From assembly GCA_021815445.1 (NCBI GenBank), contig JAKAGM010000001.1:595710-659709 (forward strand): a stretch of 64,000 nucleotides of DNA, in the 5' to 3' direction. A model generated the notes under the pieces. It made no database searches, was not told where the DNA came from, and saw only the letters and a list, made by a program, of their open reading frames with translations. Both the position numbers and the translations under genes were made by a program. Below, piece by piece: positions 19,789 to 28,630 of this stretch. Origin of the DNA: a bacterium (GTDB lineage Bacteria; Patescibacteriota; Patescibacteriia; UBA10025). Positions within the stretch are counted from its first letter, which is position 1; every line of letters begins with the position of its first letter.

Positions 19789-19829
19789 ATATTAACACAC
19801 TTTCAGGAAAAAGTCAACTTTTATCCACA
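19789..19829 (-). promoter_or_regulatory. Pilin promoter with adjacent DnaA box
   Basis: Minus strand TTGACT-17-TAATAT (19789-19817); TTATCCACA at 19821-19829. Confidence 0.65.
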
Positions 19830-19832
19830 GGT

Positions 19833-19893
19833 GGTTAGACAGTCGAAAGGCCGTTATTAATGTTATATATTAAGCGCTTTCGTGCGTCCGACC
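19833..19893 (+). repeat. 61-bp dyad element, copy A
   Basis: GGTTAGACAGTCGAAAGGCCGTTAT...GCGCTTTCGTGCGTCCGACC; arms match the reverse complement of 33599-33660 at 22/25 and 18/20. Confidence 0.8.
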
Positions 19894-19920
19894 AAAACAA
19901 TTCGTCAAATGACGCGATAA

Positions 19921-21129
19921 TTAAATCGCACTCGATAGATTGTAGATTGGCAATAGAATAGCCGATACCAGCAAACCGACGGCAATGCCCATAATGATCA
20001 TGATAATAGGCTCGATGAGCGTGACAAGGTTGCGCGTGGAATTGTCCAGTTCGCGGGCATAGAACTCGGCAACCTTCTTAAGGATGAGATCAAGCCGACC
20101 AGACTGTTCCCCCACACTCATCATCTGGGGAAGCATGAGGGGGACGTCTTTGCTTCTCAGGAATACGGTCGTAATAGAGTTGCCGCTCTGAACTTCGGTG
20201 ATAGTCTCATTGATAAGATCGTGATACACCGAATTCCCGACAACATCGCCGACGATATCGAGCGCCTGCCCTAAAGGGATGCCCGATTCGAGAAGCGTTG
20301 AGAGCGAGCGCGAGAACCGTACGATGTAGGTGCCATTGGCTATCTTGCCGAAAATAGGCACGCGGATGATGAATCGGTCTATCGCCCTACGGCCTACTGC
20401 GCTTCGTGAAAACATTCTATAACCGGCAAAGAGTCCGATGACAAGCAAAACCAATACCCACCAGTATTTTTGCATTGCGCCGCTGACGAAGATAAGAACT
20501 TTAGTGCTCAAAGGCAGCGTCCCTCCGCCGGCTGTCAGCACACCGAGCAGCTGAGGTACGACAAAAATCATCATGAGCGCGCCTACGACTATCAAAGCTG
20601 AAAGAATGAAAATTGGATAAATCATCGCGCCTTTGACCTTTCCTTTCAAGTCATAATCTTTTTCCGCTTCGTCGGCAAGGTAGAGCAGGATTTCATCGAG
20701 CTTGCCTGTCGTCTCGGCGGAACGCACCATTTGTATGAAAAAATTTGTGAACACTTTGGGGTATCTCGCCATGGTGGTGGACAGCTTTGCACCGCCGTCT
20801 ACCTCATCAGCAAGATCGGAAATGATCACCTTGAAATTGACATTCTCAGTCTGCCGTACAATTGTCTTGAGCGCCTTGACCAGCGGAACACCCGCGGAAA
20901 TCATGACCGAGAGCTGCCGTGAAAAGACAACCGTTTCTTTTGATTTGATTTTATTGAGGAAACTGAGCGATATCTGGAGGGCTCCCGACTTCTTCCGTTC
21001 ATTCAGTGAAATGACGAAAAGGTTCTTGTCCCGCAGATTGTTGTAGGCAACGTTCTCCGAAGGCGCGACCACGGCTCCGTTTATCGTAGCGCCTTCCTGG
21101 CTTTTTGCTTTGTAGTCAAAAATTGCCAT
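19921..21129 (-). CDS. pilC: Type IV pilus platform protein (GspF family)
   Basis: FSRQLSVMISAGVPL, AETTGKLDE, AMIYP, GEQSGRLD, LIEP. Confidence 0.95.
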   Translation of the reverse strand: MAIFDYKAKSQEGATINGAVVAPSENVAYNNLRDKNLFVISLNERKKSGALQISLSFLNKIKSKETVVFSRQLSVMISAGVPLVKALKTIVRQTENVNFKVIISDLADEVDGGAKLSTTMARYPKVFTNFFIQMVRSAETTGKLDEILLYLADEAEKDYDLKGKVKGAMIYPIFILSALIVVGALMMIFVVPQLLGVLTAGGGTLPLSTKVLIFVSGAMQKYWWVLVLLVIGLFAGYRMFSRSAVGRRAIDRFIIRVPIFGKIANGTYIVRFSRSLSTLLESGIPLGQALDIVGDVVGNSVYHDLINETITEVQSGNSITTVFLRSKDVPLMLPQMMSVGEQSGRLDLILKKVAEFYARELDNSTRNLVTLIEPIIMIIMGIAVGLLVSAILLPIYNLSSAI

Positions 21130-21132
21130 AGG

Positions 21133-22206
21133 TTACAGTGACTGTGAGCGAAGCGCCACCCCCTGGCGGTCCTGTGCGTACTTGAGGGCTTCATCAAGCA
21201 ATACTTCTCCGGTCTTCACATATTGCGCGAGAGAATGATCCAGCGACATCATCCCCTCATCACGGGATGTCTGAATGATGTTGTTTAACACTGAGAAATT
21301 TCCTTCCCTGATGACGCTCCGCGCCGCGGCAGTTGCCACAAGAATTTCCGCGACCAGCACCCTGCCGCCTCCCACGCGCGGCACGAGCCGCTGCGAAATG
21401 ACGCCTTGTAATATCTCAGAAAGCTGCACCCGCGCTTCCTGCTGTTCGACATCGGGAAATGCGCTTAAAATATGTTCTATCGTCTTGACAGCGGTATCGG
21501 TATTCATCGCCCCCATGACCAGCCGGCCGGATGACGCGAGCACGAGCGCTGTCTTAATCGCTTCGGAATCCTCGAGGCTCGATGCCATCACGACATTGAC
21601 ATCTTCCTGCGTCGCCGACGAAAGCGCGCGGTCAAATGACGGTGTGTCGCGCCCGACTTCGCGCTGCTCGATGATGCTTTTTGCATTGACAAACAGATAC
21701 TCTATTGGCTGTTCGATGGTGAGGATGTACTCCTGTCGTTTCCTGTTAATCTCTTCAACCATAGCCGACAAGGTCGTCGAACGTCCGGAACCGAACGGGC
21801 CGCTCACAATTAGAAGACCGCGCGATAGGTCGGTAAAGCCCTCGACAACTGGTGGAAAATTAAAGTCCTTGAGAAGCGGAATGCTCACTCCGATATAACG
21901 GAGCGAAGCTGATACATATCCACGCTGGTAAAAGATATTCACCCTGAAACGCACATTTTTGTAAGGATATGCGGCGACTATTTCCCGCTCTCGGTCGAAA
22001 TATTTCCTCTGCTCCTCATTGAGCAGGATATCAAGAGTCCCCTTGAGAAACTCAGGCGTAAGGACGGGCAAGTCATTGAGCGGGACGAGCTTTGCGTCAA
22101 CGCGAAGAATAGGGGAACTGCCGACCACAAGATGAAGATCGGAGGCCTTGTATTCGGCCGCCGCCTCAAGCATGCGATGCAGTGCTAATTCTTCGCTGGT
22201 TTTCAT
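21133..22206 (-). CDS. pilT: PilT-family protein with degenerate ATPase motifs
   Basis: ASDLHL, EQREVGRDT, GVISQRL; Walker A reads GPFGSGRSTT. Confidence 0.85.
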   Translation of the reverse strand: MKTSEELALHRMLEAAAEYKASDLHLVVGSSPILRVDAKLVPLNDLPVLTPEFLKGTLDILLNEEQRKYFDREREIVAAYPYKNVRFRVNIFYQRGYVSASLRYIGVSIPLLKDFNFPPVVEGFTDLSRGLLIVSGPFGSGRSTTLSAMVEEINRKRQEYILTIEQPIEYLFVNAKSIIEQREVGRDTPSFDRALSSATQEDVNVVMASSLEDSEAIKTALVLASSGRLVMGAMNTDTAVKTIEHILSAFPDVEQQEARVQLSEILQGVISQRLVPRVGGGRVLVAEILVATAAARSVIREGNFSVLNNIIQTSRDEGMMSLDHSLAQYVKTGEVLLDEALKYAQDRQGVALRSQSL

Positions 22207-22225
22207 AGGCGGGAGGAGCCAGGCA

Positions 22226-22636
22226 CTACGATTTCTTGACCAGCTTCTTTATCTTGTCCACAACTTCAGATGGCATAAAATGCGCTTTGATTAGGTAGTC
22301 GTCTGCGCCAAGTGAAAGGCCCCGGGTGACGTCTTCGCGCTGGCCGAGATTTGTCAGGAGAATCACTTTAGCGTCTTTTGCCTTCGGATCCTTCCTAATC
22401 TCTTTCAAAACGTCAAACCCGCTCATCTTTGGCAGGACGATGTCGAGTAAAACGATTTGCGGATGTTCTTTCTTATACACGGTTAGCCCCTGCTCCCCGT
22501 CAGATGCCAGCGCCACGGCAAAACCCTCCAGTGTGAGCTTGGTCACATACATGCCTGCGAGGAACGTATCATCCTCGACAAGAAGAACTTTAATGCTATT
22601 TTTTTGCGCCGCTGCGCCCGCTTTTTTCTTTGGCAT
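22226..22636 (-). CDS. Single-domain response regulator within the pilus operon
   Basis: VLLVEDD, VLLDIVLPKMSG, ILLTN, YLIK. Confidence 0.92.
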   Translation of the reverse strand: MPKKKAGAAAQKNSIKVLLVEDDTFLAGMYVTKLTLEGFAVALASDGEQGLTVYKKEHPQIVLLDIVLPKMSGFDVLKEIRKDPKAKDAKVILLTNLGQREDVTRGLSLGADDYLIKAHFMPSEVVDKIKKLVKKS

Positions 22637-22663
22637 AAAATTTAACAATGATTATACTAAAAA

Positions 22664-24415
22664 TTATTCTTTGGTGACACGGATAATTTCTTCAAGCGTC
22701 GTAACGCCGAGCAATGCTTTAAAAATCCCGTCCTGCTCCATGCTGAACATCCCTTGCGCCTGGGCTTCGGTGCGGATGGCGTCGATATTTGATCCGGAAG
22801 TGATTATTTTTTTGAATTTATCGGTTATCTCGAGAACTTCGGTAATGACAGTCCGGCCCTTGTAACCGAGGTTTTCGCACCGCGTGCATCCTTTACCGCG
22901 AAAAAATTTGAGCGGGCGTTTCAGTGAAACTCCTTCGGGCAGTTTGTCTTTCGGCAATTCGGAAACTTTTTTGAATGCATACTCCTCCATGGGGGAAGGA
23001 ACCGCCAGCTCTTCCTTGCAATGCACGCATATTTTTCTGACAAGCCGCTGTGCGGCGACGAGCGAAAGCGACGAGGCTATCAAAAACGGCTCTATCTTCA
23101 TATCGATCAGGCGGGGGATGGCTCCGAAAGAGTCATTCGTATGCAAAGTGGAGAACACCAAGTGTCCGGTGAGCGCGGCGTGGACGGCAAGCTCTGCCGT
23201 TTCATTGTCGCGAATTTCACCGACCATGACGATATCGGGATCTTGGCGGAGGATCGCGCGAAGTCCGGAAGCGAATGTCAGGCCGACTTCGGGTTTCACC
23301 TGGGATTGGTTAACTCCGTCGATATAGTACTCTACGGGATCCTCAAGCGTAACGATATTCACCCCTTCTTCGTTCACGATAGTGAGGAGCGCCGAGAGCG
23401 TAGTGGATTTTCCTGAGCCGGTAGGCCCGGTCATCAGTATCATACCGACGCTTTTATCGACGCTTTGCTGCATCATCTTGAGATTTTGGCCGGTAAACCC
23501 GAGCTGTTCGAGATCGAGCATAACCGCGCTCCTGTCCAAGATGCGCATCACTACCTTTTCGTTGTTGATCAGGGGCAGTGTGGAGACGCGATAATCGATG
23601 TTCCTGCCTTCGAACTCAGTACGGAACCTTCCGTCCTGCGGAATGCGGGTTTCGTCAAGCTTGAGGTTGGACAATACTTTAATGCGGGCGACTATTGAAG
23701 CATGGACATACTTCGGCAAGACAATGGAAGTATGGAGGACTCCGTCGATACGGTATCGGACGCGTGTTTCATTCTCGACGGGCTCTATGTGGATATCCGA
23801 AGCATTGCCCTCCACCGCGTGGCGGAGGATGACGGAGACCATCTTAGATACCGGGGCTGTTTTTACTACCTCCTCAAACCCTTTTCCGCTATCCTCTTTC
23901 TCCATCTCCTTCGCTTCCTCTTCCTCTTTGTCGGTCGATTCCAGCGCCTCTTCCACTTCGGCAGACAGCGTCGCATATTGCCGGAAGAGCTGTCTGAACC
24001 CATTGAGTGATACAATATAGGTATGAATGCGGAGATTGCTTTTGCGGGCCAGAAATTCGAGGGCTTCGAGAGCTTTGAAATTCGTCGGGTCAACCATGGC
24101 GATATCCACTTCATTCCCCTTCTGATTAAAGACGATCATCTCGTAATTTTCAGAGAGGTCCCGGGGAATAACCTGCACTACGTGGCGCGAAATGGACTTG
24201 CCGAATAAGTCAACGTACGGGATACCGAGCAGTTCGCTTTTGGCGCGGGTAATATCCTCATCGGTGATAGTATTTTGGTGCTGCATCAAATCGAGAACAT
24301 TCTTCTTTTCCTGCTTCGCGCGGGCGACAAACTGTTCAACCTCCTGGTCGGGAAGTTGTTTTTGTCGAATGATAATCTCCAAAAGTTGTTGCTCTTGTTC
24401 CTGTACTTTCTTCAT
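22664..24415 (-). CDS. pilB: Type IV pilus assembly ATPase
   Basis: ASDIHIEP, GPTGSGKST, TLEDPVE, LRQDPDIVMVGEIRD, STLHTN, tetracysteine motif. Confidence 0.95.
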   Translation of the reverse strand: MKKVQEQEQQLLEIIIRQKQLPDQEVEQFVARAKQEKKNVLDLMQHQNTITDEDITRAKSELLGIPYVDLFGKSISRHVVQVIPRDLSENYEMIVFNQKGNEVDIAMVDPTNFKALEALEFLARKSNLRIHTYIVSLNGFRQLFRQYATLSAEVEEALESTDKEEEEAKEMEKEDSGKGFEEVVKTAPVSKMVSVILRHAVEGNASDIHIEPVENETRVRYRIDGVLHTSIVLPKYVHASIVARIKVLSNLKLDETRIPQDGRFRTEFEGRNIDYRVSTLPLINNEKVVMRILDRSAVMLDLEQLGFTGQNLKMMQQSVDKSVGMILMTGPTGSGKSTTLSALLTIVNEEGVNIVTLEDPVEYYIDGVNQSQVKPEVGLTFASGLRAILRQDPDIVMVGEIRDNETAELAVHAALTGHLVFSTLHTNDSFGAIPRLIDMKIEPFLIASSLSLVAAQRLVRKICVHCKEELAVPSPMEEYAFKKVSELPKDKLPEGVSLKRPLKFFRGKGCTRCENLGYKGRTVITEVLEITDKFKKIITSGSNIDAIRTEAQAQGMFSMEQDGIFKALLGVTTLEEIIRVTKE

Positions 24416-24424
24416 ATGATGGCC

Positions 24425-25339
24425 TTAAAACTGGACAGGAATGAATGGGTTCACATTACCTGAACTCTGGTAGAGGAGGCCCAGTGACTCATTCCCTGAT
24501 CCGTCCGTCGCAGTTACCGTATAATAATACGTGACACCGGGAGTAACCGTCGTATCGGTATAGCTTGTATCTTTGATCGGCTGACTGTTTAGCAGAGTGC
24601 CGAGAACGCCCGCGGTTGTCGATCGGTATATTTTCACGGAAACAAAATCGTCGTTCGTGGGATTGACCCATGATAACTCCACTGTCGAGCCGTCACCGCC
24701 ATTGACCACTTTGACATTTGACGGCGGATTGGGCGGCATAGCGTCTGTCGCCACCCCGCGAACCCGAGTGACATTTTGTGATTCCACTCCCCCTGCTTGT
24801 TGCTGGGCACCGCCCCCCTTGGCAACAGTTTTTACCAAGTAATAGTACGACACGCCGTTGAGCACTGTCGCATCCTCAAACGACTTCACTTTGGCCGAAA
24901 CCTCTCCAAGAAGCTCAGGGGTCTCGATTTCACTGGTCGCCCGATACACGCGTATGCTTTGGGCTCCGCTGTCTTCGGGCATGTCCCAGAGCACGTTGAG
25001 CACATTGCCTATTGCCGCGTCCTGGACCGTGATGTTGATCGGCGGAAGCGGAAAAGCAACGTTGCGCGCGGTGACCCCTTCCTGCGGGGTAAAGGACGTT
25101 GCGCCCTGCGAGGTCATTCTCACGAAACGATCATCCTGAAAAATATCCGTGTTAACCGTGGGAATCCGCACAGCCCTGCTTGCAGACTGTTGTTCGACAG
25201 TGCCTATTGTGGCAGTCGTCGATGTTGACTGGGACATATTGTTGAAGACAAACCAAAGGGTAACCCCAAGCACGAGCGCACCGAGTGCTACAAAAAGTAT
25301 ATTTCTTTTCTTTGAGTCAATGTGTCGCTGTATGAGCAT
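24425..25339 (-). CDS. Membrane-anchored protein with two fibronectin type III domains
   Basis: N-terminal TM; PPNPPSNV...LSW...YYYTVTATDGSGNES. Confidence 0.85.
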   Translation of the reverse strand: MLIQRHIDSKKRNILFVALGALVLGVTLWFVFNNMSQSTSTTATIGTVEQQSASRAVRIPTVNTDIFQDDRFVRMTSQGATSFTPQEGVTARNVAFPLPPINITVQDAAIGNVLNVLWDMPEDSGAQSIRVYRATSEIETPELLGEVSAKVKSFEDATVLNGVSYYYLVKTVAKGGGAQQQAGGVESQNVTRVRGVATDAMPPNPPSNVKVVNGGDGSTVELSWVNPTNDDFVSVKIYRSTTAGVLGTLLNSQPIKDTSYTDTTVTPGVTYYYTVTATDGSGNESLGLLYQSSGNVNPFIPVQF

Positions 25340-25354
25340 AGGTATTGGCGAGGA

Positions 25355-25960
25355 TTACTTCGAGGCAGATCCCACCGTCGTGTAGTACGTGGTGAGTATG
25401 AGGCTGTAGTTCTGTGTCGTCGGCCTGTATGAAATAGAAGAAATGTCGAGGATCCGCAGATTTTGCTCAATGGCCGCCAGGAATGCCTTGAGTTGCGGAT
25501 ATGTTTCGATGCCATTGACGGTGATTGAGATATCGAGCCGGCGGATAGTACCGGAATCCTTTTGGCCTGCTGCGGGAATAAATGTTGATTCATTGATGTC
25601 AAACCCGGAAACGGCAAGCCCGAGTTTTTCGATGAGCGCAGGCACGTCAACCATAAGCTGCGGAACATCTTTTTCGTTCGGCAGGGCCCTCTGTAGCAGC
25701 GATAACTGCTCCGTACTGATGTGATCGTAGGCATTCTTCGCGACCGTAAGTCCCTGCAACTCACCCTGCAAACTCTTGAGCGTCTGCTCGCGAACCGTCT
25801 TGCCCTGGAGACCGACATCGCGCAGAGTTGTTATTTTTGGCAGGATAACTGTGACAAGACCCAAACCGAGGATACCTATGACAAAAACGATAATAAAAAC
25901 AGCTGAATGCGCGACGAGCACTTTTTGAATCTTTTTTATTATGTCTTTGAGAGAGTTCAT
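25355..25960 (-). CDS. pilO: PilO-like protein
   Basis: TM plus coiled coil; ALPNEKDVPQL, FLAAIEQNLRILDI; position after pilN. Confidence 0.85.
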   Translation of the reverse strand: MNSLKDIIKKIQKVLVAHSAVFIIVFVIGILGLGLVTVILPKITTLRDVGLQGKTVREQTLKSLQGELQGLTVAKNAYDHISTEQLSLLQRALPNEKDVPQLMVDVPALIEKLGLAVSGFDINESTFIPAAGQKDSGTIRRLDISITVNGIETYPQLKAFLAAIEQNLRILDISSISYRPTTQNYSLILTTYYTTVGSASK

Positions 25961-25969
25961 CTGTCGTGG

Positions 25970-27445
25970 TTATTTTTGGATGAAGAGCGACTTGGCTACA
26001 TGGATGGCAATTGTGAAGTTGTATCCCGATATCTTCCCCGTCGTGGGATCGGCCATCGGCGACAATGAACTGATGGTCGCGTCTGTCGCAAAATCCGTCG
26101 CGTGCTTGAGGAGAACATATTGTCGGGCAACAGTGACGTTGTCCTTGCCAACGGCATTCAGAGAAACGGTTCCTGCCGTATCGACAGCTATCGACGTATA
26201 ATATACGTCGGGTAGCGTGTTCTGTTCCAGGAGGGTAAAGAACGCTCCCCAGTGAACATGAGAATTGATGAGCGTGGTGACATCGTCGATATGCCTGCGA
26301 AGCGTTTCTGATTGGGTTCGGAATGTGTCGAATGTCTTTATCTGGCCATTGACTGTGGCAATCTGCTTGTCTATTGAAGCAGTCTGCCCCACAATCATTC
26401 GCTGATAAATAAAAAGTCCCAAATAAGCAAAAATGACGACCATGAGCGATGCGGCAACAGCCAGCCCGATCTGCATCAGTCTCCGCCGAGGCTGAGTGAC
26501 ATCCAAAATCTCCAACGGCACCAGATTGACATTCCTCAGCTTGCCTTTTTCCAGGACAGGCGCGTCAGTATATCCGCGAGGAGCCTCCTGCATTTCCTTT
26601 TTTCTCGGGGGCTGGCCTTCGGCAGAAACAGGCGACTGAGGGGGTTTCTGCGGAGGAACCGGCGGTACAAAGGGAGTTTGGGCAACTGCCGCAGCCGGCG
26701 GGGGTACGACAGCCCTGGGAGGGACAGGAGGAAACGGTACAGCTGGTGGTCGGGAAAGAGGCGGGATCGGTTGTTTTGCGATTTGGGCAGGAACCGACGG
26801 ACGCATGCGCGGAGCAAACATTTTTTTAAACCAAGCGGTGAAACGGCTCCAAAGAGACGGGCCCTTCGGTTGGAGGGGACGCTGTTTTTTCGGAGCTTTT
26901 TGCACAACCACTTCTTTTTTTGGCGATTGCGCTTCCACAGGACGGTACGCGGGGGCGGGAGGAATTCTGGCAGGCGGAGTCTGAGGGACCCAGACTGTTT
27001 TTTTCTGAGGAGTAGGCGGAACAGACGCCTGTTGGGGTCGAATAGGCGGAGGAGGCGGGACGGGATGGAACTCCGGTTGTACCGTCGATCCCGCGGGCTC
27101 AGTGTGTGTTCGCTGAAACGGCGCTTCTGCAGAGACCGGCGTCTCGGAAACCACGGTGGCTTCCTTTTCCTTCTTCATTGAAAATTTTATTTGAGGTCGC
27201 GACGGGGCCGGTGCGGCGGCAGATTGTTTCTGTCTTTGCGGAGGAGTGTACTTTGGAAATGAGGCATTTTGCGCAACGGGCTTCGGACGCCTAAAAACAC
27301 CTTTGAAAAATTGAATAACGCCGCCTGTCTTTTTTTTTGGCGCTTCAAGCGTATCCGGCTTGGTCATTTCTATTACCACCGGATTCATTTTGTCTTTTTT
27401 ATCGCCTCTCTCCTTAGAGGGCAAGAGGTTAATTTCAGACGGCAT
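25970..27445 (-). CDS. pilN: PilN-like protein with long Pro-rich cytoplasmic extension
   Basis: EINLLP at the N-terminus, NVNLVP before the TM, HVHW..FFTLLEQNTLPDV; lies between pilM and pilO. Confidence 0.8.
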   Translation of the reverse strand: MPSEINLLPSKERGDKKDKMNPVVIEMTKPDTLEAPKKKTGGVIQFFKGVFRRPKPVAQNASFPKYTPPQRQKQSAAAPAPSRPQIKFSMKKEKEATVVSETPVSAEAPFQRTHTEPAGSTVQPEFHPVPPPPPIRPQQASVPPTPQKKTVWVPQTPPARIPPAPAYRPVEAQSPKKEVVVQKAPKKQRPLQPKGPSLWSRFTAWFKKMFAPRMRPSVPAQIAKQPIPPLSRPPAVPFPPVPPRAVVPPPAAAVAQTPFVPPVPPQKPPQSPVSAEGQPPRKKEMQEAPRGYTDAPVLEKGKLRNVNLVPLEILDVTQPRRRLMQIGLAVAASLMVVIFAYLGLFIYQRMIVGQTASIDKQIATVNGQIKTFDTFRTQSETLRRHIDDVTTLINSHVHWGAFFTLLEQNTLPDVYYTSIAVDTAGTVSLNAVGKDNVTVARQYVLLKHATDFATDATISSLSPMADPTTGKISGYNFTIAIHVAKSLFIQK

Positions 27446-27454
27446 ACAAAAATA

Positions 27455-28546
27455 TTAGCCGATCTCGCGCATGGCTAAACCTATGGCGACAGACAGCCGC
27501 GGACCCAGCTCCTGGAGCACCGAGCGCAGGTCTACAGGATAACTGATGTGGCCCCATGGATCGCCGACAAACACTTTTACCTGAAAAATGGAATTGAGGT
27601 ACTGGGGAAGGTTGACGAGAAACGCCGAACCGCCCGCAAGGATGATTTTTTCGAGCGGAGCGTCAGTCTGGTTCCTGAAGATATTGAGCACATACCGGAT
27701 TTCATTAATGATAGAGCTCGTGACGAACTCGATGGTTTTGGGGATCTTTTCGTTCCCCTGCCCGCCCATGGTGAGCCCGAAATCGCGCTTGAACTGCTCC
27801 GCGCGATCGGCGTCGACGTTGAGCGTCCTCATGATAGTCTCAGTAATGCTATTTCCCCCCACATCGATGCTCCTGGTCAGGATAGGAATGCTTTCTTTGA
27901 ATATCATGATACTGGTGACTTTTGAACCGATATCGACAATCATTACGGGAGAAGGATCGTTGCCTATCAGCGCGCGCTCGAGCGCGAAAGCTTCGGTTTC
28001 AAGGCCGACGAGCTGTAGCTCAGCCTGCTTGAAAATGTTTACATACCTTTCTACGAGGACTTTCGGAGCGGCAGTGAGCAGGACCCTGATGTCCTTCCTG
28101 CCTGCTGTCCCCGCGACTTCTTTGTCCTTGTCATCGGCGGCGGGTTTTTTCTTGACCGGCTCCTGCACGACTTCCCAGTCTAGGATCATTTCCTCGAGCG
28201 GCATGGGAACGAATTTTTTCGCTTCCCAGCGGACTGCGGACATTAAATCTTTTTTTGACATCTCAGGCAGAGAGATGATGGAGCTGAAAACGGAAAAACT
28301 CGGCAATGCCGAGACTACCCTTGTCGTGCTGACCCTCGCTTTTTTCATGACCTCCTGCAAGAGTTTCACCGCATCGCCCTGCGCCTGTGCGGCATCGCTT
28401 TTGATGATGTCCGCCGCCGACTCGATAAAACCATAGGTGACCAATTGGGGTCGCCCGGCTTCATTGCGTAATTCTACGGCTTTTACCGATGATCCGCTGA
28501 GATCAATACCTACCGCATTTTGTATTTTTTTGCCAAATAAAGCCAT
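27455..28546 (-). CDS. pilM: Type IV pilus assembly protein PilM
   Basis: GIDLSGSSVKAVEL, VDIG, ILAGGSA, VAIGLAMR. Confidence 0.95.
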   Translation of the reverse strand: MALFGKKIQNAVGIDLSGSSVKAVELRNEAGRPQLVTYGFIESAADIIKSDAAQAQGDAVKLLQEVMKKARVSTTRVVSALPSFSVFSSIISLPEMSKKDLMSAVRWEAKKFVPMPLEEMILDWEVVQEPVKKKPAADDKDKEVAGTAGRKDIRVLLTAAPKVLVERYVNIFKQAELQLVGLETEAFALERALIGNDPSPVMIVDIGSKVTSIMIFKESIPILTRSIDVGGNSITETIMRTLNVDADRAEQFKRDFGLTMGGQGNEKIPKTIEFVTSSIINEIRYVLNIFRNQTDAPLEKIILAGGSAFLVNLPQYLNSIFQVKVFVGDPWGHISYPVDLRSVLQELGPRLSVAIGLAMREIG

Positions 28547-28630
28547 ACTTTGTTTCTATTATAACAGATTTTTCGAGTTAATGCAAGCCCGATTTCCAAT
28601 TTTGTTGGACCGAAGCCGCACCTGCCGAAC

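Noticed and set aside
19821-19893. Replication origin
   Set aside because: Only one perfect DnaA box, a very short AT-rich stretch, and no dnaA/dnaN nearby.
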